In this document: piece after piece, positions 1-8,828 of the stretch
How positions within the stretch are numbered: the stretch's first letter is position 1
Layout: the number at the start of each line of letters is the position of its first letter
From: an uncultured delta proteobacterium
GTDB taxonomy: Bacteria > Desulfobacterota > Syntrophobacteria > Syntrophobacterales > Syntrophobacteraceae
Direction of reading: 5' to 3'
DNA length: 64,000 nucleotides
Assembly: GCA_963808625.1 (NCBI GenBank)
Contig: CAWEHK010000029.1
Coordinates: 160,001-224,000, forward strand
The notes under the pieces: generated by a model
Told to the model about the DNA's origin: nothing
Databases searched by the model: none
The model's input: the letters and a program-made list of their open reading frames with translations, nothing else
Made by a program: the position numbers and the translations under genes

Positions 1-1359
1 TCCCCATAAACGTTGCTTACCCTCAGGTCGATCTCGGGAATGTAGACCACACCGTTTTGAAGGCTGCCGGTTACCCGGAGCCTGTCGGCCTTCTGCAAAT
101 CTGCGAGGGAAGGGCCTTGCGCCTCAAAAATTACGCGGGGGACCATGCCACCTCTTATGATTTCAAAGACATCCTGCACGTCCTCGTTTTCCCCCACGAG
201 CGCCAGCGCTACGTCGCGGACCGACGCGGCATCGGTGTTCAGGCATTCAAAGTAATAGCGGGCCTCGGGGGTTTTCGGGTCGTTTAGAAACTGTCCCGAG
301 AGGCTGAGTTGCGGATTTTCAACCGTGAGCCTGGAGATGCCGACTTCGAATCGGCCTTCCGCCATGTGCAGCGAGCCTTCCAAAAACAGATTGTTTATGG
401 GGGATTTTTCGCGCCCCATTTGGAGCGTCAGGGCCGGGCTGGAGCCTTGAAAAGCAGCGCTGAAGACCTCGGGACCTTCACTTGCGAACGAGAGATCAAG
501 GTGAATCGGTGAGTCCTCCACTGGTTTGAGCATGGAGGCCGGGAGATAGGCGCCAAGCTCCTGCGATTGGAAATGGTCTACGATGAGGTGGGCCTTGCTG
601 CGCGAATCTCCGGGATCGAACCAGCCGTCCACGGCAAGCTTTTCCCAGAGGTTGGACTTACACTCGAGATTCACGGTGAGGTTGCGCGGCGGCAGTGAAA
701 TGGCGGCGGAAAGCTCCCGCAGTGAGATCAGCGGGGCCGTTTTATGAATGATATCGATGTGTCCGTGTTCAATTCGGAGGTGCAGTCCAGGCACCTTTTC
801 GGACAGTGCTTCCAAAACCGCAAGCGCGCTTGCCCCAATGCGCGACAGGAAGGATGGTCGGTCCTGCCATGCGCTGGTCGCGGGAGGCTTCTGAGTGCCG
901 AGTTCCCGGCCCTGCGCAGAGGTATTGTTTCCCCCGAACCAGTCTCCACTCATTGCCGGGGGCGCCCCGGGAGGTTGATCGGTGTCATCAGCATCGGGTA
1001 TGGTGACTTCCATTTGGGGCGAGGTGAGCTGCAGTTGCGTCAATTCAACGCGACCGGCAAGGAGCGGCAGGATTCTGGGAAACAAGGCTCAAGGACTTTA
1101 CGGTCGCGGAAAGCATTCCGGGAACAGCGATCCGCAGGTTGGAGGCAACCGCATGCGGCGTCGGAAAGAGGACGATGTCAAGTTTGTCAAAATCGGCCTC
1201 GCATGCAGTGTTCTGGCAGAGTTTCGCGAGCAGCTTTTCCTTCAGAGGTTCGAGAGGGTTGGTTCGGATAAGGAAAGCGCCAACAGACAACAGCAGGATC
1301 AGCAAAACTGCGATAAGTGCGGCGAGTCCCAAGACTATTTTTCTTCCCCTGGTCATCAC
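1..1359 (-). CDS. AsmA-family membrane-anchored protein, N-terminal part (frameshifted near 1080; runs off the window edge)
   Basis: N-terminal TM anchor MMTRGRKIVLGLAALIAVLLILLL. A shifted frame continues FPRILPLLAGRVELTQLQL, typical of AsmA N-termini. Confidence 0.6.
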
Positions 1360-1397
1360 TCCTGGACCTTTCCTCCTCGCGGACCCCGACTCATAGC

Positions 1398-1530
1398 CCT
1401 AACAGACTTTTGAAAAGTGTCGCAAAGGCCCTGCCCGTCATTCCGGTGAAAACCGGAATCCAGGCTCTGCAAGGCTCTCTGGACCCCGGCTTCCGCCGGG
1501 GTGACGTTGGTAGAGGGTTTTTCAACACCC
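1398..1530. mobile_element. MITE-like palindromic element (GTCATTCCGG..CCGGAATCC core, IS-like ends)
   Basis: Nested palindromes gtcattccggtgaaaaccggaatccag / ctggaccccggcttccgccggggtgac, with imperfect terminal inverted repeats cagacttttgaaaa / tttttcaacacc. Confidence 0.55.
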
Positions 1531-1911
1531 GGCCAAGGCATTTTTGCTGATTTTCGCACCCCTCTTAACCCCTGAGCTTTCCATTTTTCACATCCCCTTT
1601 AATCGCTGCGCATTCCGTCAGGGGATTGACTTCGGAAAATAGCAGGACAACTCGCGATGCGCAAGGCGGCTGCGGATGTGCAGTGGGACTTTCCTATTTT
1701 TTCGCTTCTGAAAGGCGACTCGAACTACTGAAAGTGCACCCAGACTACCCGCCACCTCCTTTGGACTGACCAGCCACCGGCCTTTTGAGACTGACACGAG
1801 CCAAGCGAAGTCTGTAAAAGAAGGCCTTATTGGTACCCTTAGGAGCGACCATGCAGCAAGGCAACATCTCGCCTCCGGACCCCAATCGGCCGGTGATGGT
1901 GGTTGGGGTGG

Positions 1912-1939
1912 TTGACTATGGGAGGCAATGGGCTATAAT
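1912..1939 (+). promoter_or_regulatory. sigma70 promoter of tmRNA
   Basis: TTGACT-16bp-TATAAT, about 30 nt upstream of the tmRNA 5' end. Confidence 0.7.
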
Positions 1940-1969
1940 TGATTCCGTACAGACTGACACAACAGAAAA

Positions 1970-2323
1970 GGGGGCGAAACGGGTTCGACGGGGGTAAAGA
2001 AGCTTAGGTTGCATGCCGAGGTCCTGCCTGCTCGTTAAACGGACAGGGTCTAAAGACAAACGCAGACGATTACGCGTACGCCGCAGCCGCATAGGCGGCT
2101 GCCGTCCTTTTAGTCACTTCTCACGGGGCTAACGGGGCGTCGACTTAGTGAGATGGTTCCCGGTCAGGCGCCTGTGCGACCGGGGATGAAATTAAGCAGG
2201 CTAATCCTGGCGGGATCCTGCCCGTGGGAGCCTTTCAGGGTGAAAATCAAAATACGGGATAAGCATGTAGGAACCTAAGTGGAATGCTTTCGGACGCGGG
2301 TTCAACTCCCGCCGCCTCCACCA
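1970..2323 (+). ncRNA. ssrA: tmRNA; tag peptide (A)ADDYAYAAAA* at 2062-2094
   Basis: GGGGGCGAAAC..GGTTCGACG 5' end, T-arm GGTTCAACTCCC, CCACCA 3' end, and an internal tag ORF. Confidence 0.97.
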
Positions 2324-2827
2324 ACTGTTTGAGAGGGGTAGTATCTTGCCTGAGGTGGGGAATTCACTTTAAAGAAAGATCTGGGGCAGGAAATAGTTGT
2401 CTTGCATGGAGGTATCCCCCCTGTAACCGAGTTCATAAGCAAGCAGAAGCTCCTCGGTTTTGTTGATTTGGTAAATGATCCGTATTTGCCTGTCCTCATC
2501 CTCAAAGAAACCCTTCCACTCGCCCTCTAATCAATTGTTTGACCGGAAGCTTACCCTTTGCTCTCTCCTTTGAATCATGGCTCAGCGAAGGGGCCGCTCG
2601 AATAAGGGTCTGAGGACCAGGGACGACGTTATATCGTCGCTCAAATCCCCCTTTGACAAACTTTCACCGAACTTTCGCCAGGGCTGACAACATGGCGAAG
2701 AGGGAGCTGCCGGCTTTTTTGGCTCCAAGGCTTTCACCTTGACCTGATCCCACCCTTTTCTTACCATGACCATGAAACCGCGTCACCGGTTCTGAGTGAG
2801 ACGAAAGATATTCGGCGAAGGAGTCAT

Positions 2828-3748
2828 ATGAAAAACTCGGATTTATTGCAATCCCCTGGTCCACTCGTTGCCAACTCGGCAAGAAGAATATTCACTTTGG
2901 ACTCGTGGAAGCGCCTGTCCTTCAATTTGCTCCTGCTCACCACCGGGGCCTGCGTGTTTGCCGTTGGCTTGAATGGGATCCTGATTCCAAAGCAATTCCT
3001 CAGCGGCGGGGTTATCGGTGTTGCGCTTATTGCCCACTATCTCATGCCGACGCTGAACACCGGTTTCATCTATTTCCTTCTCAATATCCCGTTGATTGTT
3101 GTTGGCTGGTTCTGCGTCAGCAGGAAATTCATTCTCTACACGGCGTACGGGATGATCGCTTACTCTTTGGCTGCAGCCTTCCTTGTTCCCCACCTCCCGC
3201 CGATAGAGAACCCCATTCTTGCAGCGGTATTGGGGGGTATCGTCTGCGGTCTTGGAGTGGGAATCACGCTCCGGTCCCAGGGCTCCGGGGGAGGCCTCGA
3301 TATCCCGGCGGTCTATCTCCACAAGAAACTGCAACTCAGAATGGGATGGACTTCATCCCTTGGCAATACGCTGGTCCTTGCGGTGGGCGCCTACTTCTTT
3401 GGGCTGGAACCGGCCCTTTATTCGTTTCTCTATGTCTACACCAGCGGCAAAGTTGTGGACTCGGTAATCACCGGCTTTAATCAGCGCAAGTCCATCATGA
3501 TTATCTCGGACTTTTCGCAAGCCATTGCCGAGCACATTATGGCCGAACTGAACCGGGGTGTGACGTTTCTGAATGGCACGGGGGCCTACACGGGACAGCA
3601 CAAAGAAGTGATTTTCAGCATCATCACGTTGACCGAGCTGGCCAAGATGAAGGAGATGGTGTTTGACATCGATCCAAACGCGTTCATGGTCGTAAACGAT
3701 ACCCTGGAAGTCCTTGGAAAGAGGCACGGAACGCGAAGAGTCTACTGA
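2828..3748 (+). CDS. YitT family membrane protein (DUF161/DUF2179)
   Basis: Multi-TM protein with GSGGGLDI and RGVT..G.GAYTG..DPNAFMVV motifs; AAGGAG RBS. Confidence 0.9.
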   Translation: MKNSDLLQSPGPLVANSARRIFTLDSWKRLSFNLLLLTTGACVFAVGLNGILIPKQFLSGGVIGVALIAHYLMPTLNTGFIYFLLNIPLIVVGWFCVSRKFILYTAYGMIAYSLAAAFLVPHLPPIENPILAAVLGGIVCGLGVGITLRSQGSGGGLDIPAVYLHKKLQLRMGWTSSLGNTLVLAVGAYFFGLEPALYSFLYVYTSGKVVDSVITGFNQRKSIMIISDFSQAIAEHIMAELNRGVTFLNGTGAYTGQHKEVIFSIITLTELAKMKEMVFDIDPNAFMVVNDTLEVLGKRHGTRRVY

Positions 3749-3993
3749 TCATAGTGTTGACCGCAACCGGTCGTTATTTCAGTCTTGAATGGCGCGTGGC
3801 GGCGCGTGCTCCATTGCCGAAAAAGGAAAGTTTTGTTATTCTCACAAACCGCGGCTTCCACCTGACATCAGGCATAAGGCGTGGAGCATGGCATAGACGG
3901 TGCGGTTCATGCTCGTGGATGGCAACGAACTTTCATGTGCCTTCGGTGCAACCGACATCATGAAAAGATCCAGAGGAAGAGAAAGGAAAAATA

Positions 3994-4191
3994 ATGCCGA
4001 AAGTCGGATTGAACCATTGGGATATTCTAAAGGAAGGAGGATTTACCGCCCTGTGCGTTGATTGGAATGCGGATGGCAGCGAGGAGATCTGCGATTTGAT
4101 GATTGACCCGGGTTTTGGTGCGCCCGAATGCCTTGCCTGCCGGCAAGCCTACCGCAAGGATGAAGAAGGAAACATCGAATATTTCCGGTAG
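3994..4191 (+). CDS. small hypothetical protein (65 aa) upstream of typA
   Basis: AAGGA RBS, CxxC motif, 8 bp gap to typA. Confidence 0.55.
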   Translation: MPKVGLNHWDILKEGGFTALCVDWNADGSEEICDLMIDPGFGAPECLACRQAYRKDEEGNIEYFR

Positions 4192-4199
4192 GGAGTGCC

Positions 4200-6032
4200 A
4201 TGCTCGGTCATACACGGCAGGATTTGCGCAATTTAGCCATTATTGCCCATGTTGATCATGGCAAGACCACACTTGTGGACGCCATGCTCTGGCAGAGCGG
4301 GGTTTTTCGGGACAACGCCCAGGTTGCCGAACGGGTCATGGACAGCCTTGATCTTGAACGGGAAAAAGGCATCACCATCATGGCGAAGAACACCGCCATC
4401 GTCTACAAAGGGGTAAAAATCAACATTGTGGATACCCCGGGCCATGCCGATTTCGGCGGTGAGGTCGAGCGCACGCTTAACATGGTTGACGGCGTCATGC
4501 TCCTGGTTGATGCCACCGAAGGCCCGCTTCCGCAGACCCGGTTCGTGCTCGGCAAAGCGCTGGCGCGAGGGCTGCCACCCATCGTGGTGATCAACAAGAT
4601 CGACCGGCCGGACCGTCGCATCCAGGAGGTCCTGGACGAAGTCTACGATCTCTTTATCGATCTCGATGCCACGGAAGATCAGCTCGACTTTCCGGTGCTC
4701 TACACCAATGCCAAGGCCGGCATCGCTCTGGACGATCCGGATGGCCGGGGACGAGACCTGGTCCCGCTGTTCGAGGCCATCCTCGCCGCCATCCCCGCAC
4801 CCTCGTACGATCCTGAAGCGCCGCTTCAGTTCTTGGTCACCAACTTGCAGCACAGTGACTACGTTGGCAGAATCGCCGTCGGCAAGGTCGTCAATGGGGC
4901 GTTGCGCTATAACCAGGCGGTGGCGTTGCTCAAGGCGGAGAGCCCGCCGCGCCGCGCCTCTCTCAGTGTGGTGTACACCTATGAAGGGCTCGAGCGGGTG
5001 GAACGGGACGAGGTGCGTGCCGGCGATATTGCCGCAGTGGCCGGCGTGGAGGACATTTTTATCGGCGATACCCTGGGCGACCTGGCTGATCCGCGGGCTT
5101 TGCCCGTCATCACCGTGGAAGAGCCGACCATGTCGATGGTCTTCTCCGTCAACACCTCTTCCCTCGCGGGCAAGGACGGCGGGCGGTTTTTGACCTCGCG
5201 ACACATCAAGGAGCGCCTGGACAAGGAGCTCCTCTACAACGTGAGCCTCCGGGTCGAGCAGGCGGAAAATCGCGATTCCTACCGGGTGAGCGCCAGAGGG
5301 GAGCTGCAACTGGCGGTGCTGGTGGAGACGATGCGGCGGGAGGGCTTTGAAGTGTCCCTTTCGAATCCGAGGATCATCACCCGGGAGGTAGACGGTAAAA
5401 CGTGCGAACCCATGGAACTCGCCGTGATTGATGTACCTGAGAAGTTTGTCGGGATTGTCACGGAAATGCTGAGCTCCCGCCGGGGCCAGATGACGAAGAT
5501 GATCAACAACGGCTTCGGACGGGTACGCCTGGAATTCGAAATCACGTCCCGGGGTCTGATTGGTTTTCGCAGCCAGTTTCTGACCGACACGCGCGGCACC
5601 GGGATCTTGAACACCATCCTCATTGGCCACATGCCGCATGCCGGGGAGATCGCCGGCCGGCCAAACGGCGTCATGGTCTCCGACCGCGACGGGCGGGCCG
5701 TGGCCTACGCCATATTTCATCTCCAGCCGCGCGGCACGATCTTCGTCAACCCCGGTGATCCGGTCTATACCGGGATGATCGTCGGCGAGAACTCCCGGTC
5801 GGAAGACCTCTGGGTGAACATTACCAAGGAAAAGAAGCTCACCAACATCCGCGCCTCCGGCACCGACGAAGCCCTGCGCCTCATCCCGCCCCGCCAATTC
5901 ACCCTCGAACAGGCCATGGAATACATCAGCGACGATGAACTGGTGGAAGTGACGCCGAAATCCATCCGGCTTCGCAAAGAAGGGGCGATAGTTCGTGAGA
6001 TGCGATGCCCTCCTTGCCCAGGATGCGGTTGA
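4200..6032 (+). CDS. typA: translational GTPase TypA/BipA
   Basis: [27 protein letters not shown], and C-terminal [14 protein letters not shown]. Confidence 0.97.
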   Translation: MLGHTRQDLRNLAIIAHVDHGKTTLVDAMLWQSGVFRDNAQVAERVMDSLDLEREKGITIMAKNTAIVYKGVKINIVDTPGHADFGGEVERTLNMVDGVMLLVDATEGPLPQTRFVLGKALARGLPPIVVINKIDRPDRRIQEVLDEVYDLFIDLDATEDQLDFPVLYTNAKAGIALDDPDGRGRDLVPLFEAILAAIPAPSYDPEAPLQFLVTNLQHSDYVGRIAVGKVVNGALRYNQAVALLKAESPPRRASLSVVYTYEGLERVERDEVRAGDIAAVAGVEDIFIGDTLGDLADPRALPVITVEEPTMSMVFSVNTSSLAGKDGGRFLTSRHIKERLDKELLYNVSLRVEQAENRDSYRVSARGELQLAVLVETMRREGFEVSLSNPRIITREVDGKTCEPMELAVIDVPEKFVGIVTEMLSSRRGQMTKMINNGFGRVRLEFEITSRGLIGFRSQFLTDTRGTGILNTILIGHMPHAGEIAGRPNGVMVSDRDGRAVAYAIFHLQPRGTIFVNPGDPVYTGMIVGENSRSEDLWVNITKEKKLTNIRASGTDEALRLIPPRQFTLEQAMEYISDDELVEVTPKSIRLRKEGAIVREMRCPPCPGCG

Positions 6033-6094
6033 GCTTGCCTCTGTCAAGCCGGACCCGTCCGACGTCGCCAGCCAACCATAACGATTGGCTGGAG

Positions 6095-6521
6095 TCAAGA
6101 CCAGTTGCCAAGCCAGACTACGTTGGGGAAGGCCGCTCGAATCGAGTTCACCAGTCTTTCGTCTGCGGTTACAAATCGGCATCGCTCTCTGGTACTTAAC
6201 GCCAGATAGAGGGCGTCGTACACGGTCCGCTGGTGGCTACGGCCAGGCGATAGGCTTCATTCAGCAGCAGGGCGGTTGACGTAAGTTCGAATGTCAGCAT
6301 CCGAAAAGCATCGATAATGAGTTGCGCATCAGTGGCTGTCAAACCCTGGAACATCTGCTTTTTCCATATGATATTGCCCACCTCCGCATTGATCAAATCA
6401 GGAGCAAGAAAGTTGAGCACACCTGTCCGGTAGCCATTCAGGAGGAGATGTGCTGGGGGCTGTACGGTTCCACCACAAACCACTTCACCGCCACGCTGCT
6501 GTCAACAACGAGCTTCTCCAT
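6095..6521 (-). CDS. vapC: VapC-type PIN toxin with two frameshifts (~6455, ~6238)
   Basis: The joined frames read MEKLVVDSSVAVKWFV..LAPDLINAEVGNIIWKK..TVYDALYLAL..FVTADERL. Confidence 0.8.
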
Positions 6522-6524
6522 TTC

Positions 6525-6761
6525 TTAGCGCGCCCGATCTTCACGTACTAGCGCGGTGCTGTCCGCCATCTCACCATAGACTGTAAAAAGGTGTTCACGT
6601 AAGGCATCGATCTGGTGGACAGCCTCTTCACGGCGGCGCAACTCGGCTTCTTCGGACTGCCAAACATCGAGCAGTTGCTCGATGCTGTCAAAGCCACGCG
6701 CTCTCGCGACAACTTGCAAGCGAGCGTACAGTGCATTAGAAATCCTGAGAGTTCGTGCCAT
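6525..6761 (-). CDS. putative VapB/RHH-type antitoxin
   Basis: 78 aa ORF directly upstream of the PIN toxin, ending ..DSTALVREDRAR. Confidence 0.75.
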   Translation of the reverse strand: MARTLRISNALYARLQVVARARGFDSIEQLLDVWQSEEAELRRREEAVHQIDALREHLFTVYGEMADSTALVREDRAR

Positions 6762-6904
6762 CGGGGGACTCCTTTCTGCTCGTGAGTATGCACAACATCG
6801 AGGATGCCGATTGAGCTTGTTTTTGTCAAGCCGAACCGCTCGTCAGTTTTTGTCGAATCAGAGTTGTCACCTGATTCGAAGGAAAAACTTCTACAAAAAG
6901 GAGC

Positions 6905-6933
6905 TTGCCATTTGGGATTGTGGCGCTATAATG
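6905..6933 (+). promoter_or_regulatory. sigma70-like promoter ahead of a long helicase leader
   Basis: TTGCCA...TATAAT arrangement, ~370 nt upstream of the ATG at 7309. Confidence 0.55.
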
Positions 6934-7308
6934 CAGCACTAATTGTTTGAGACCTTGGTAGGAATGGTTTTACGGATCGCTTTCGTTTTTCCCTGCCATC
7001 AGGCATCATCGATCACTGACCCCATAAGCCAGCTTTTCTTTTGCGGCAGCACATCAGGTTGGCGACGATGTTTCAGGCCAGTCGTCTCATATGTGCTGCA
7101 GTCGCAAGCGCCCTCGCGGTGCGCTGTTTCCTCCTGCAGTCCGATAGTTTCAACCTTTAACGGCGTTTCTGGTCCGGGCCGCCCGTTGCTGCGCCTTTTG
7201 GGGCGGGGTTCGGGCGTGCGCGCGGTTTTATGCCGGCATCGAGAATGGTCTCGTGATCCGCTGAAGTCGCCCGGTTCGGATTCGGAAACGATAAGGATTT
7301 CACTTTAT

Positions 7309-8715
7309 ATGTCTTTTGAAGAACTGCAATTGCTTCCACCCATTCTCAAGGCCCTTGCGCAATGCGGCCACCACAAGCCAACACAGGTCCAGGCCGAGGC
7401 CATTCCCAAGGTCCTTGCCGGACGCGACGTCATCGCCTCCGCGCAGACCGGGACCGGAAAGACCGCCGCGTTCGTGCTGCCCGCGCTTCAGCGTTTATCG
7501 GCAGATCCCTCCGGGCGCAGACGCGGTCCGCGCGTGCTGGTGCTCACTCCCACCCGCGAACTGGCCGACCAGATCACCCAGGCCACCCGCATCTACGGCA
7601 AATATCTGCGTGTCAAGAGTGTCGCCATTTTCGGCGGCATGCCCTTTGGTGAACAGATCAGGGCACTTTCCCAGTCGCCGGAAATGATCATCGCGACGCC
7701 CGGAAGGTTGCTCGACCACATGGGGCGCAGACTGATCGATCTGTCCCACGTGGAGATGTTCGTCCTGGATGAAGCCGACCGCATGCTCGATATGGGCTTC
7801 ATCGACGATGTTGAGCGGATTTCCGACGCGGTTCCGGAGGGTTGCCAGACGCTCTTGTTTGCGGCGACCATGGGGGATGCCACGACCAAACTGGCGCAGC
7901 GGCTGATGAAGGACCCGGAGCGGATCCGGGTGGCGCCCGGCACGATCACTCATGATACCATCGAACAGCGCTTGCACGTGGCCGACAACATTCAGCACAA
8001 AAACCGGCTGCTTCAGCACCTCTGTGCAGAGAATGCGGTGACCAAAGCGATCATCTTTTCCGCTACCAGACGCGACGCGGACAGCCTCGCCCGCGATCTC
8101 AACAGGCAGGGACACGCTGCGGCAGCCCTCCATGGGGACATGACGCAAAACGCTCGCAACCGTACGATGGTGAACATGCACCGCGGCAAAATCAGGCTCC
8201 TGGTGGCTACGGACGTTGCTGCGCGCGGCCTTGACATCATGGGAATCAGCCACGTCATCAATTTTGACCTGCCGCGCTCCGCCGAAGATTACGTCAACCG
8301 CATCGGGCGGACCGGCCGGAACGGTGAGTCAGGGGTGGCGATCTCCTTTGCCTCCCAGGGCGAGCTCGCTTATCTCGACCGTATTGAACGCTACATCGGG
8401 AAGGCCCTGACCATGCACGTCATTCCCGGCCTGGAACCGAACTATCCGTTACACCGGCTGAGCAGCGGGCATAGCGGCAAGAGCAGCAGCCTGGCGGCGT
8501 TCGCGGCGGCAAACACCGGCCCCCGCAACAATGGCAGGTCTACCCGCCGCTCCTTCGGCTACAAAGAAACCGGAGGCGCCAGCAGCTATTCCGGAAACGG
8601 CAGACGGAGGGCACCCAAAAGGGATACGGACGTGACCGTCGAATATCGCAACGGAAGATCGGGCGAAGCAGGTCACGCGGAGGGTCGAAGACCGGGGAAG
8701 AAAGGTTTCTTCTAG
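7309..8715 (+). CDS. DEAD-box RNA helicase (RhlE-like)
   Basis: Q motif, AQTGTGKT, PTRELA, DEAD, ARGLD and RIGRTGR; basic C-terminal tail. Likely start is MSFEELQL. Confidence 0.93.
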   Translation: MSFEELQLLPPILKALAQCGHHKPTQVQAEAIPKVLAGRDVIASAQTGTGKTAAFVLPALQRLSADPSGRRRGPRVLVLTPTRELADQITQATRIYGKYLRVKSVAIFGGMPFGEQIRALSQSPEMIIATPGRLLDHMGRRLIDLSHVEMFVLDEADRMLDMGFIDDVERISDAVPEGCQTLLFAATMGDATTKLAQRLMKDPERIRVAPGTITHDTIEQRLHVADNIQHKNRLLQHLCAENAVTKAIIFSATRRDADSLARDLNRQGHAAAALHGDMTQNARNRTMVNMHRGKIRLLVATDVAARGLDIMGISHVINFDLPRSAEDYVNRIGRTGRNGESGVAISFASQGELAYLDRIERYIGKALTMHVIPGLEPNYPLHRLSSGHSGKSSSLAAFAAANTGPRNNGRSTRRSFGYKETGGASSYSGNGRRRAPKRDTDVTVEYRNGRSGEAGHAEGRRPGKKGFF

Positions 8716-8828
8716 AGAAACACCGTGGAGAGCGCAGAGAAAGATTCCTGGGAAGGAACTCTGCGCCCTCTGCCAAAACAAGCCGTAGCAAACAGCCTGC
8801 CCATAAACAAGGAAATCAGGCTGACCTG

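Noticed and set aside
2324..2800. Integrative element at the tmRNA 3' end
   Set aside because: No integrase, and no duplicated tmRNA 3' end in the window.
3889..3903. sigma54 promoter TGGCAT-N5-GTGC upstream of the typA operon
   Set aside because: Weak -12 match and no supporting context.
5990..6032. Cys-rich metal-binding tail on TypA (CPPCPGC)
   Set aside because: Lies beyond the conserved end and next to the vapBC boundary; it may be incidental or an indel artefact.
4233..6182. Long antisense ORFs (also 17345-18679, 23327-24853, 30066-31463, 57823-58923)
   Set aside because: Shadow frames of well-supported genes in GC-rich DNA.
6943..7308. 122-aa N-terminal extension of the helicase
   Set aside because: Not helicase-like; the canonical start MSFEEL at 7309 has an upstream AAGGA.
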